Source: Styela clava (lineage: Eukaryota). Taken from it: a stretch of DNA of 64,000 nt. Made by a program: the position numbers and the translations under genes. The notes beneath the pieces were generated by a model. That model worked only from the letters and a program-made list of their open reading frames with translations, was not told the origin of the DNA and ran no database searches. The stretch's first letter is position 1. Each line of letters opens with the position of its first letter. Location: contig NC_135261.1 of the NCBI RefSeq assembly GCF_964204865.1, positions 5,456,001 through 5,520,000 on the forward strand, in the 5' to 3' direction. Positions 1-13,201 of this stretch are shown piece by piece.

Positions 1-23
1 ACTTAAACTGTCGGATTAGAATT

Positions 24-226
24 GGTTCCATTACATTTGAACACACGTACATTTGAACCCATGACAATTGCACCTGTATGCTATTGCACCTATGGAATTT
101 TTTTTGTGTTTCGGATAGTTGAACTCATACTAACCCTAACCCATGGGTTTTAGCACCCGCATATAGATTGAACCCGTGGATATACACATGGGTTCAAATG
201 TACGTGGGTTCAAATGTACGGTCACC
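24..226 (+). mobile_element. Family A palindromic MITE (MULE/Merlin-like)
   Basis: Long TIRs (tacatttgaacccacgtacatttgaacccatg), GG...CC ends, exact 9-bp TSD attagaatt at 15-23 and 227-235. Confidence 0.9.
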
Positions 227-1237
227 ATTAGAATTATATGATGGGGAAAATCGGAGTGTTGACATTGGCCACACCAACTGCTTCGGTGAGCCGGGTTCCC
301 CTGATCTAAAGTCTAGTGGGCACACGGGGCATTAGAGATATGGATGGTTGTGCTATACTCGAGATATTTGGTTTGAGACCATTTTTGGGGAAACCCATCG
401 TTTAAAATAATATCGCTATTCGGTAATATCGTCGAAAAAAAAACTCTCCGCACGGAAGCAAATTGGCTCTAATTCGATTTCCTCCGCACAGGTTATTTAC
501 GGACACAAAGAGAGCTGGATGGAACAACTCTTCAGGATAATACTTCAAATCAATCATATGTGTAGAATAGGTCCAGGAAAGGGTGTTCACCACAAGAGGG
601 CAGAGAAGAGCAGGCATGGAATATGACGAAAACTTTTAAAAATCTGGTAAGTTACGATTAATTTTACTAATAGTAACCGCGTTAAAATTGCATATTACCG
701 ATTCATCTTTATTGCATTTTTTGCTTTAGTGCAAGGCGCTACGCACAACACAGTCTTGTGACAAACACATACTAATATAGAGGTATAAATTCCGACATTT
801 TTACTGGCGATATCTTGTCAGGAGATTATTCTTTGCAAAAATAGATTTATGATGAAGAGGAATAAAACAAAGTATCTAAAAATTCTTCGGATAAGTTAGA
901 TCGAAATTGACGCACAAATCATCGCGCGTCAGTACTCGCATGTTAGACATACAGTTTGGCATTTGGTTTCAACCTCTAACATTCGTTCTAATGTCAATGT
1001 ACTCAAATAAACAAATTCATTTATTTTTGTCACAGATCTCCACTTCCCTTGGGCACATGATAAGAATTTTAAACATAGGTATATAGGAAAAAATCTAAGG
1101 TTCCATGCAACATTTTAAAAGCAAGCAAATATCATTATATTGCGTTTATATGAAACAGACATGTAATGTACGTTAGACTTTAGAGAGTAGTATTTAGCAT
1201 AGGTATGTTATATTCATGTTTATATATATATATATAT

Positions 1238-1440
1238 GGTGACCGTACATTTGAACCCACGTACATTTGAACCCATGCGTATATCCACGGGTTCAATCTA
1301 TATGCGGGTGCTAAAACCCATGGGTTAGGGTTAGTATGGGTTTAACTATCCGTGAAACAAAAAAAATTCCATAGGTGCAATAGCATACAGGTGCAATTGT
1401 CATGGGTTCAAATGTACGTGGGTTCAAATGTAATGGAACC
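1238..1440 (-). mobile_element. Family A MITE, inverted copy inside a (TA)n tract
   Basis: Near-identical reverse complement of 24-226, flanked on both sides by (TA)n. Confidence 0.9.
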
Positions 1441-2370
1441 ATATATATATATATATATGAAAGAATTTTTTTTCAACAAAATATCAAATTGTGTTGGATC
1501 TCAATCTTGTTAGAATTCAGTGGTTCTCAAACGGTCGGAACCCTCCAGATTCCAGAACCACTGTGACTGCTAGATTAAGCGTGATATTTGACATAACCGA
1601 ATTTGGTAATTGTATATACATTTGTGTGCATGCCGCACCATGTTTTTGTGATGGCTCTTGTATTGGAATATACTTGAAATAACAACTTCCATTCATATTT
1701 ACATAAATGTTAGGTTTTATTTACGTTCAAATGAAACTGTTACGACGTTGACTTTAAAAAGGCAAATCAACTCCTCTGGGAGTATGGCTTAACGCCACTA
1801 AATTCGACGTGTCACTGCAGGTAATTTGATCTTTATTATTTTATTCAAATGTAACCTTTCGGATGTTTCCGGTATATTCTTGATTCGATTTAACAAATCT
1901 TGTGGAGAAAAGTCGCAAAAATTTACTCGGATTTGAATATTTAAGTAAAAAATAAAAAGGGATGCAAAATTATATCCAGCTTTAAATAAAGGCCCTCTAT
2001 TCTCTATTGAGTGATTTTAGACAGTTGTGACCATGAGCACATTCAGTTTTAGAGATGTATTTTCAAGCACGCACGAAGAGGAAGGGCCTCAATAGTAAAA
2101 AGTTAGGGACGATATTTTCACTCACTCCGCTATTTTTATACAACTTGATCTAGTTTACGGTCATTACACTTTTAGTGTAGAATTTTCTCTAACATGGGTG
2201 AATGCTAACATGAAAAGAATGAGCGCTTTAGAAAGAACGAAAGTGAAATGATTAAGCGCGCAAAGTCTGGTATAACAAAAATACTAAAAAATTAGTTAAT
2301 GGCTAAAAGCCTGGGTGATTAGGTTACTCGTTTCAGACCAAGAAGGTTCATTACATTTGGACAGTGGCTC

Positions 2371-2440
2371 ATCTAGGGTATGGCTCATGCCATTAGCGTA
2401 AGCCGTAAACGACGCTTATGGCATGAGCCATACCCTAGAT
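2371..2440. other. 70-nt near-perfect hairpin
   Basis: 2371-2393 is the exact reverse complement of 2418-2440; after one mismatch there are 5 more paired bases and a 12-nt loop. Confidence 0.9.
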
Positions 2441-3399
2441 AGGGGCGGAAAAGCGGCGAGAAAAGTTTTAATCGTAAACGGTTTCAATAAAATAATTTGA
2501 AATTTGTATTTTTACTAAATATTTTGGGTATCTCGTTTTAATACCAGTCAATTTAAATTGCCAACCAACTATCAAAAAAAGCGCATTTTAAAATTTTGCC
2601 ATGGGCGCCATTTTACGTAGACTGCATTTGGAATAACACCAGTCAAATTGTGGCAACAATAGCAACCCTAACGACGAAAATATTAAATTAGCAGAATGAT
2701 CCATAGGTTCCACTTCATGTCCACGAACAACTATGTAATTCTGGCTCCAATGCTGGATTCCTCAACTGATTCGAGCTTAAAGTAGGCGCCATAAATAAGT
2801 CTTGCATTCACTCTGGCTCTCGTCATAACTTGAGACAAAATTGAGAGTATGTCTCCCTCACATTCGTCCACAAATCGCAGCAGTAGTAAAGAAGCCCCAG
2901 GCACAACATTCCCACTGACATTAATCATCATCATTCTATACCTGTTACTAAATACAGGGTTTGTCGTGTTACCGTGAGTAAAATTCCCCTATCTTATCTT
3001 CTTTGTTTTTTATTGTTTTATAGCAAAATGGCTTCAATGAAAATGTTCATGTTTGGTGATAGGTGTGCCGCGAAAAATTAAAAATCTCAATAGTGTGCCG
3101 CGATTTAAAAAAAGGTTTGGAACCACTGACTTGGGCTCTCACCATAAGCTGAAAAAAAATTAGTTAAAATCATTCATATGTGGTTAATCCCATATTATTC
3201 TATCCTCCTGGGATTTACAATTTTAACTTATTTTTCGAGACACTAAATATTTCTAATTTTCATTGATTTCGCTTTCGACGTGAGGTACTTTGGAAGACGA
3301 AAATGCGTATTTGATCGACGTAAATTCAATACAGCAACGCATTGAACGTCACTCCGCGCACAATTTAGGAATAAAATTACAAGTTATATTGAAATATAT

Positions 3400-4330
3400 T
3401 ATTTTGCGGAGATAAAAAATCGAAGTCGATGTAATGATAGGCGCTGCAGTCTAGCTATTTCTGTATTCTGGTTAGCTTGGTTAAGCTGTATTACCGCAGG
3501 CAGCCATGGCTTATTAACATTGAAGTTCAATAAATCGAGAAAACTTCGCTAATCTTATCAAGACCCTCCCCCGAACCTACTTGGAGAAGGATCTCCGTAC
3601 GATCGAGTTTCAAGGATGTATGTGTCGTGACCGTATTGGGCGATCTTCATATGATGCAACTTCGCTTACTCTAAAAGATTTTGTATGCACTATTGCATGG
3701 GCTCCAACTTTTCGGGTTACAGAGCCCTTGAAAAGGTTGACTATTAATAACAGTGTACATACTTCGGAAGCGCCCTTATTTGAATGTAGTAGCATTGTAA
3801 GCCTTCGTTAGTTTAAAATTAGTGAAAATTGTTGATGTGCTGAAATGTATTTCGACTTATACCTTCAAATTCACTCGTGATTTTTACGATCAATCGGGTG
3901 TGGAATTCGTTTGCCAGTTATGCGGCTCTGATCAACGTTAAACATTTAGCGGGTTTCGAGTTTGGATCAGAGGCATTCTTTGACTGTACTGTGAACTTCA
4001 GCCTTGAATCCGTCAGCGTTCTGATACCTCACCAGCTCCACATAAAAGAGCTAAGATTACTTATATGTCTTGAACGCTCACCAAATTCAATTGCAGAACT
4101 TTGCACTTTTTAATTGTAATATACAAAGCGCATGTCCTTACTATATGGAACACCGAAGAACATAGAAACTTCTAGTTAACTCTGGGATGACCTTTGACCC
4201 CAACTGACGGTTGTCATATATATTACAATATACTTCAATTTTTGCAGAATTACTTAACGTTATGCTCAATCTTGAGTGCATATATCCTTCATAAATCATA
4301 AACAAATACGTCCCAATATCCGCTGAGAAC
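3400..4330 (-). pseudogene. Fossil non-LTR retrotransposon (LINE) reverse transcriptase remnant
   Basis: Manual translation gives, in RT order, KNASDPNSKP (~NYRP), LTKAYN (~LSKAFD), Q/GSV..LEP (~PQGSVLGP), HMKIAQYGHDT at 3621-3653 (~YADDT) and LTKLTRIQ (~L.KLQRIQNRAAR), with many stops and frameshifts. Confidence 0.6.
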
Positions 4331-4961
4331 AATGACGACGAAATATATATATATACATTATTACATCATTGTTTTAGTCAATTGTTAAGATTTCACCTGT
4401 TATAAAATCAATGTTAACTAAATTAAAAATCATTTTCTTCTTCGCCAATTACGTCATAAATCTGATTTTTGTCTACATAGCTTTGTTCATTATGTCGTGA
4501 TAAGTATGATAAATAGTATTCCGAGTACTTGAACAATATAAAAATCGATACTGTGGAGAGACATGCTGTTTGGAAAATCAGGAAAATATCGTTCAAAACT
4601 AAGGTTATTACTGTGAAAAATATGACTTTAACACGGATTATAGTCAGGTGAATATTCTTGCGATAAGATCTTTATATTTAACCTGTTCGAGTTTTTTGGA
4701 AGGACCCGAATCAGTACAGATTCTATAGAATTAATCAGAGTTTTCTTTTAGAAAGTTGAAATTTAAATATTTAATCCTGCAGAGAAGTACCCACTCACTG
4801 TTATTTCTGCTTACATAAGATGAGTTTTAGAAAAATATTATGTAATTAGGGCATTTTTTTTCCGATCTCATTTTGCACGCGACTGGTTATCTGACAAGTG
4901 TACGCCCGTAAGTAAGAGTATGAATTCTGGAAACTGCATACCAAGCGTGTATAGGATAAAC

Positions 4962-5330
4962 CAGGTGGGTGCAACCTTTAATACAGAAGGGTCAGATACA
5001 AACAACTAGGTGAAACTGCGGGCCGCATCCTTATTTAACATAGGCGTTCCAGTAGTTGCAGGCACATAAATTTTGGTTGTTGATCTCATGATATGAGTTG
5101 TTCGCTTCACACAAGCTAGCTGTTAGGACATTGTATCGTCATAGACATATAAAATGAATTGGACTCAGGTATAGGCTCATTTTCAACACAAAAATATTGG
5201 AATTACTCATACATACCAGATTAAACTAAATTGAAAACTCGTTTCGGGGGCAGAACATCATTCAAAATTGATACTTTTCTGCGGGTCGCATGATTTCCCT
5301 TGTGGGCGCAAGTTGCACGACCACGGGGGA
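4962..5330 (+). mobile_element. Degraded copy of the 50607 hAT MITE family
   Basis: Shared internal text such as ctagtagttgcaggcaca and catcattcaaaatt; boundaries approximate. Confidence 0.75.
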
Positions 5331-7232
5331 TTAGAATCTGCAATTTTTTTTTTTTTTACACATTGTATTCAAAAATAAAATCCGCGAGGTGCAAACGTTA
5401 GCGTTCACGTTTATTAGATTTGATATTTGACAAAATCGTTTATGTTCACACTCTGTCGAGTATAGAATTACCGAGAGCAAGAAAAATGTCTGTTTTGGGT
5501 GTTAAATAAATAGCACACGTGGCCACAAATGATGATTAATATTTAATTTTACTGTCTAGAATTTTATAAATCATAATTTGAGTGCAAAGTGAAGACATTA
5601 AAATTGCTGGCCATGCGTGAAGGATTTGAACTTCGTGTAACGAGCAATTGCACAGTATTATGAAAGCTTAGCCCGAACCAGGGAATGCAGCAATCGCTGA
5701 ACGCAGTAACGCACGGAAATAAAAAGGATGTGTTTTATTAGAAGTGCCAGTCTTTCACTGGCATATAGGCTGAGGGTCGAGAACCCCATACATTTTTCGT
5801 AGCTTGAAAAGCTTTTTATACCCTCAAAGGACACGTTTTCCGGTCGGACCCGCCAGCTGTGACGATCTAACTTTGCAGTTAGAACCCACCCTATTTAAAA
5901 ATTTCTGGTCACGCTTCTGTCCCTGGCGCCTGATTCGTTTTTTTCTCAAACCATCGAGTCGAAGGTATAGTTTCCCCGGATACGGAATTTCATACTTTCA
6001 AAGGCGATAGCTAATAAGGACAGAATTTGATCAAAAGCAATATGTTCATTAAGCGTTATTGAGAAGACTTGCATACGTGGACGTTCTTATTATCAGATAT
6101 TTATTTTCTCGGAACTGGAGACGAATACAAAATTTTTTCTAGTCCGTAGCGAATCCAAATTCGTTTCAACGCGAGGTCGAAATCGGAGGCCTCGCGGGCC
6201 ACGCTATTATTTTTGATGTGTTCGCAGGCCACAAGAGTGTAACCTTCAAATAACCGCAGATTGATTGAATACCGAATTTAACAAATTTGAGTTACAGGAT
6301 GGTAATTACTGACTTTTCTGACATATCGGCAGCATTTTTTGTAATACTGTTTTGGCTGATTGCGAAAAAACTACCCAGCAGGAATTATATTGTTGGGCCA
6401 TAACATTAATATTTAGTTATCAAGCATAGTCAACCAATTCCTCATTCGATTTTCAGTTATTTATGAAGCCTATTTTGCTAGCTTATATTCCCGAAAGATA
6501 GAAAGCCAGTTAACAATTTTAACTAGCCAAGCACTTTATTCAACTTCGCTGGTTGCCTCAGCTAGCCATGGAGTGAGGTGGTAGGCTTGGGTTTTATCTT
6601 TGAGTTATTATACCTGTATAATAGTCTTTTCAAAACTACAATCAGTGACATTAGTGATAAAACAATATGTCAAAAGATTTTTCTGGTTATTTTTATGACG
6701 AAACAACACCAAATTTTGTTTTGTTCGATTTTTTGTTTACCCCCTGCAATGGCGACGCGGGCCATAGATAATGAAGCCGCGGGCCTGGGTCTGGACCACT
6801 CTGGGTTACCTTGTTAATTGTATCACAGTCCCTGCGAGACTCCAATTTCGTGGTCACACGTCTTTAATGCAGTTGCAACCATGGTGACGCTTGTGGCATC
6901 ATAGTGTTAGCCACAATGACGTCAAATGATGTCACAATGTTCATAAATCGTAAGATTATCTTTTATAAGAGCTACCAGGTCTCTAGGGCCTTTCACGGTC
7001 ACTTGAACGCATTCGACTATCATCCTTCTACAGGGTTAAAATGTAACATTTACCGTTTTTTTCATGTAATTTGGAATACTCTCGCGGGTTTCATGTCGTC
7101 TGTGAACAATCTCTTAAATACCTTACCATAAGAAGTCGATAACTGTACATCATTTTTAATAGTGTCTTTGATTAGACTTGGTTTAATTGTAATTTTTTTT
7201 ATTGAGTTCAGAAAAGACAGAAAGTACTAGAG

Positions 7233-7497
7233 TCGGTGGTTTGCAAATGGTGTGGTAGGCCCCGCAGGGGGGCGTAGACAATTTTTTGAGGGGGCGTGAG
7301 GCTAATTGAAAAGAAAAAAATATTTGCTAGATTTGATCTTGCCCGCCTTATTTTCGATATTTACATTCCTTTATTGATTAGAGATTGCAGAAAACTGTTG
7401 TGCTTTCGCCTTACTATCTGTTATTTGTAGATTTTTATTAGCCGAGACTTGACAAATTCGGAAAGAGGGGCGTGGCTCAGAAAGTTTGAGAACACCT
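7233..7497 (+). mobile_element. hAT MITE family E
   Basis: Shared core with degraded TIRs. Confidence 0.75.
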
Positions 7498-7562
7498 ATC
7501 TAGATATTCATTGAAAAAATAGGTAATTTTAACAAATTTCACTCCATTTTGTCCTAACTGTT

Positions 7563-7810
7563 TAAACGAGAATATCGGTCGGAGACCGAAGACTTATCGA
7601 TCGAAACTGCGGTTTCGATTCATGACTCTCTAGTGACACCGCATGCCACATCACTAATTTATTGATAACTCGCTAATTATACGACATAATTCATCCAATA
7701 TCAAGCCTATTCATCAATACGTTCTGGTTCGAGATATGATGAATGCACATACAAAATTTGGAGCAGATTCAACGTGAGATATCACCGATCTTAAGATCGA
7801 TAAGTAATAA
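7563..7810 (-). mobile_element. Helentron-associated (HINE/DINE-1-like) element
   Basis: Subterminal IRs acttatcgatc (7592-7602) / gatcgataagt (7795-7805), an adjacent palindrome cgatcttaagatcg, a 3' hairpin cggtc-gga-gaccg and T-rich ends. Confidence 0.7.
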
Positions 7811-8545
7811 CTGATGGAGTTCACGTGAAATGGCAAACTCGAACCGCACCGTCTGTGCGACTGAAAACTTAGAATGCTTTATTAAGCTCAAGGTAAGTTT
7901 TGAAACACACTTCCCTGAATTCCTATTTTAATTCTGTTGGTTTTAGATTTATTTCAGTGAAAATGGTACACATGTAATTAACGTGTCATTAAACTAGCTA
8001 ACTGGCGATTGACGCGTTACGTGGCGCAGAAAAATCAAGACGACCAGGAAAAAACGAAGTTTTTGGAAACAAAACTTATGTTACGTAATTCAATAATATA
8101 TGATCCAGATTCAAGAGCGTAGCAAGACCAAAATTTTTGAAGAGAGATAATTTTCTTGTATAATGACGTAATACCACAATTACTCGTTCATTTCGCAGTC
8201 ACTGACTTGAAGAATCGTTAGCGTCCGGTTTTCAGTAAATCGTTCAGTAATAGAGCAAATTGTGTTGGAAAAGGCGAATAAATTTATGTCTTCTCACCGC
8301 AAATGCAACAAAATTGCATTTAAAAAGGACCCCCCTTTTTCATTTCTTATGACCAGCAAGTGTCCATCTCTTATTCTTGGTCAAGCTTGATGTATAGATA
8401 GCCTCCATCTGCGTTCTTGCACAATAAAAAAAAAAAAATTCCATTGCGTAGATTCAAAATAGTTTGTCTTTTCTTTTATTATTTTCATTGAGTAAAATTA
8501 GGATTGAAATTACGTGGCACTTACTTGTCGGATAGTCTAATTTTC

Positions 8546-8745
8546 AGTGCTCCAGAAATGTGTGTACCAATATGGAGGTAACTAACTTTGTTCACCTACT
8601 TTACATCCAGTTGTGTAGAGGGATTAAAACCTATGGGCAGGGGGATACTCACTTGATTAACACAGGCAGTCCCCAAACTCGTAATATACCTAAAATAAGA
8701 ATAATCGGAATAAAATTATGGTCTAACCCTGACTTAACTTACACA
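8546..8745 (+). mobile_element. Family B MITE (degraded right end)
   Basis: Matches the consensus ggcgctccagaagtatgtgtaccaatatggaggtaactaattttgttcgcc...ggcctaaccctaacctggtacacatactacgggagtacc. Confidence 0.8.
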
Positions 8746-9739
8746 GTTTTACAAACATTTTTCTCTCATTTTCAACTTCGCTTCATATACCAAATTTTGT
8801 AGACCCCTTCAAAAACACTGGAAACATAATATGCAGTGTTACAATTTCAATTCCTTATTGCTGTCTAGACATTTTAATATGTTATTATTAGATGAAACAA
8901 AAAAAAATCCCAAAGGCAAATGCAATATTTAGACCTCCTAACACACCATGAAATACTTCAGATAAATAAACTAAATTAGCACTGCAAATATACCCCTTAG
9001 CTACACATTTGTTTATACTTCTCTTGGGGCAAAGATAAAAAGTAATTTCAAAGCTTTATATGTGATTCTGTATACAACTGAAATAATTGTCAAATTACGG
9101 TAAAATTTGAGTGATTTTTGCGACTTTTTTAGCAGCGTAACATCTATAATTCATAAGCGAGAAATCTAATCATGTCAATGCATTATGGTCGCAAGATATT
9201 TGAATCAAATAATTGTCAACTTAAATGCTGTGTAGTGAGGACCAAAGATAAATCATTCTTGTTTGTCCAGGATTTATTTATGGCAAGCCATAATTTTTTA
9301 ATTGAGTTTTCTGATTTAAAATCTGTATGTGGTTGCCTTCTGCATAACTTTGCTCAACTGAATACAGAATATAGAAAACACAAAAAAATAAAAAATAAAT
9401 GCAGGATATAAAATAGTAAAATACAGTAGAACATTTTATTAAATGTGATGTTATGATGTTATAAAATGGAAGGAATAAACCCAATAGTTCGTTATTTCAG
9501 AACAAAACATGTAGATTGAATTAAGATTTTTGCTGTATCAATTTAATCGCGAGAACGCTTTTTTCAGCAGCGCTTGTTCGCCGATTTTTCAGCTCGGTCA
9601 GTCGTACCAGCTTTTCGCTTTCATATATTGGGATTGCTACCTTGTTTTTGTAAAATATGAACGTATGTAATAACTAATATAGGGGGTATTATTTGTGTTG
9701 TGTCTTGTGTGACCAATTTAGAATAGAATGGTAAGTTCG

Positions 9740-10275
9740 AATAATTATTGCTGTGTAATGTTACATAATAATATGTCTCATAATACGTGATAAACGTTTT
9801 ATTTCATCCATCTAGAATAGTAGTGATAGCATCACATCAATAAATGTCTGATTTATTTTCAAAAACACTGTTTTCATTGTTCAGAATTCTGTCACTGAAC
9901 AAAATTATTCGTGTGATTATTATTGTCTTTATCGAATTTGAAGAGTAATACTGCGTAGTTTAAGAGTTTCGGGACTCGACAAATAACACATTTCTATGTA
10001 ATTATGAATGGGTAATTCATAATGAGTCATGTTGAATAGTTATTGCTGTGTCATGTTACATAATAATATGTCCCATAGTAAGTAATAAACGCGTTATTTC
10101 ATCCATGTAGATTAGTAGTTATAGTGTTATATATATATATGTCAATATATTTCTGACTAAAGGCTCTAATTCGATTCCAGAAACACTGTTTTCGTTGTTC
10201 AAAGAACAAATATATATTTATATGGGCCGTGTGGTTATTATTGGTTTTGTAGAATTTGTAGAGTAATACTTCATG
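9740..10275. repeat. Diverged direct duplication, period about 295 bp
   Basis: ttattgctgtgt.atgttacataataatatgtc occurs at about 9745 and 10040 with colinear continuation. Confidence 0.8.
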
Positions 10276-10883
10276 ATATGTTAACGACCACGATGACAAT
10301 TGAAAATCGTTCTGCGAAAATATTCCTGCTTCTTCACAAATTTTGATATATGACGTGTTCTGGAATTTTCTATGGAGAAGTGTTAAAAATTATTTGTCGT
10401 AAGTTTTGGCTTTTTCATTCAGGCACACTTTGACTCGGAACAAAGCTGTACAAGCATTACTGATATCAAAGGGGCTTCAAGTTTTGGAATGGTTTGAGTT
10501 TATACAATTCCCCATCCGATTCATGACACATTGGGTGACGTAAATATATGATGCTGTATTATGAACAAAACTGCCTATTTCACGTTTCTAATCTATGCTT
10601 GGCAATTGGCATAGCCCTGCGGTTTCCAAACTTTTTGTTCCTGCCGCGCCAAAGTATCAGGGAAAAAAACACCTATTTAGTTAGTTAAGTTATAATTAAT
10701 GAAACAATTTCGTTAATTTTCACGGCGCACCTAGCAACTGGTGCGCCGCGCACTCTTCGGGAACCGCTGGCTTAATCAGTTATCTAATAAATTATCAACA
10801 TATCGAACGAACTCTTGGCCACTTTTGTCTCAAGCCTCATTTTAAAACAAACAGCCAACCTATAGTTTATTACCTAATTATTT

Positions 10884-10990
10884 GGCACTCCGGAAGTATT
10901 CGTACCAAGATGACGCATAACCTGAACAACCCTAACCTGGCACACATACTATGTTGTGCGCCATCTTGGTACGAATACTTCGGAAGCACC
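10884..10990. mobile_element. Family D short MITE (107 bp)
   Basis: TIR ggcactccggaagtattcgtaccaagatg; exact TSD aattattt. Confidence 0.9.
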
Positions 10991-12984
10991 AATTATTTCA
11001 AATAATAGGAGATAAAGGGGTGCTTTCTCTATGAACAATAACCACAGAGAACACTCCACTAACACCCTTTCGCGCGTGTACCCACTACAATTCGGTCACT
11101 GTTATGCATGCCTGTGGGAATATTTCGTAAATTTGAACTTGTTGTGTTTCAGTTGAGTTTAAGTTATTATTGTAGTAACTGAACCCACACACCGCTTTCG
11201 GTTTAGCTGTCAAGCTCCACAAAATATATCGCGGTTCGTTTCCTACTGGAGTAGGAACGTCGCCACAAGAGAATATTAATCTGCACTTTCCCAGTCGTAG
11301 GATGACTAAACTACTAAGTATAGCTATATATGAATCGTAGATGATTATTACATGTTTGTTTTTTGAAAATTGTTTTCCCAAAAAGTTGTTATTCTGTTAC
11401 ACATACGTGGTAATATTATTCTTGTTTCTAATTTAAAAAAAAATTCTCGTGTTCTCACGCACTCACTCAGAAGTAAAGGGACTTATATATAAGATTGAAG
11501 TAACGGGCGACCGAACAGTGAAACTAACTGAGAAAAACTAGTGACATTATGTAGAATTTTATTGGTGCAGCACGCTTTAGTAAAAACAAACAGCTAATAT
11601 CTAATAATACGGGACCTATAAGCAGTTCAAGTCAATCTGACTCTACTAAATGTACTATCTTACATTTCTATAAAGTGCGGCATGAAATGGATTCAATGCG
11701 AATTGCTTATGATATATATAATAAAAAATAACAAAAAATTATAAGAATAGCATCGTATATTATCGTATTAATTAAAGAACATGGCAAACAGTTTTTTCTC
11801 TAGACAGATATGTTTCATTTGGTGCCATTTTTTCCGAAAGTTTACTCGGATCCAGAGTAAATTTTAATGTACTTGATTCTGCAAAATTTGTTTCGACTTT
11901 TTAAATAATTTCCATTTCTTACAATATATAGATTTATAACTGTATCTCATTATCATGAATAGATGTCTATCAAAATGTTATTTTTACTCAACCTTTTTTT
12001 CGGAATCTATTTTTGTCCTCAATACTATATCGATCGGGCGTAGTTTCCCAGTCTTGAAGTCTTTAAACAAACTTTTTATTTCGTGAAAATTTTGGCTAAA
12101 AGTGCAATTTTCCTCATTAACTAGGTTAGTATAGAATTCTGTGGTTACGGTTATATTGACCCAAAATATACATTATTAAAAGTTTTTAGTGCGAATATTG
12201 ACATTTTATGATTAAAATCAACCATTTATAGCAATTCAGGTGTAAGTTTATGGTATCTGGAACCGAGAAACGCCCCGTTTGACTCAATTATGCTACGTCT
12301 ATATTCCAATGCTACTAAGAATATAGATTAGTTACAACGATCGTTCGCTCAGGTGTGTCATTGTAAATCGAGTTACAAAGGATCTCTGACGTCAAACTGT
12401 GTTGTCTGGTAGCTCATGTATATGGTCTTTAGTATAATAACGGGAAAAGTTCGCGATACTGCCCCTTTGTTCATACGGTATCATAATACAGCGATCACAA
12501 ATGCGACCCAAACGGAATAATTCACTGTAAAAAAGAAGACCAAAATTTACTATAATTGCGCAGTTATTGTGATTTTCAACTATTAAAAAAGTCGATTTCT
12601 TATTCACTTATGAAGAGTATAAGAAATAAAACTAGTGTGTTAGTTTTAGAACATCGTGTCCAGCTTTGAATAAGTTTTTTATAAATACAACATTATAACA
12701 ATGATATATCATAGTAACTTTCAAATGCCATTTAATATTTCGTAAATTTTTGGGAGTCTCACGAGTCGAAATTCCTTCAGACGATGCAAAGAAAGGTCTT
12801 CCGTTGCGCTTAGTAGTCGGTACTTTCGTAGAGAACAAAAATCAGTCTTATAGCAAGTATATAGCAGAACGGACATAGGCAGTCTAGCTGAGTTGAGAAA
12901 ATTAAACAAACTCTTTCTAGATTCTACATCGAGTATTACAGGGTAGTTGTCATTAAATTTTTGAATAGCGCAATCTGATTGTTG

Positions 12985-13201
12985 GACAATCCGGAAGTAT
13001 GTGTACCACCAATATGGCGGTAACTAATTTTGTTCGCCTACTTTATATCAAGTTGTGTCAAGGAACTGAAATCTATGGAAAGGTGGTATATTCACTTTGC
13101 CAACACAGACAGTCAACGAACTCGTAATAGAACTAAAATAAGTAAAATCGGAATAAAATTATGGCCTGGCTCTAACCTGGTACACACACTACGGGAGTAC
13201 C
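12985..13201 (+). mobile_element. Family B MITE
   Basis: Full length; TSD gattgttg/aattgttg. Confidence 0.85.

Noticed and set aside
2700-2945. Coding-looking minus-strand segment
   Set aside because: No recognisable domain; the longest frame is 67 aa and the others contain stops.
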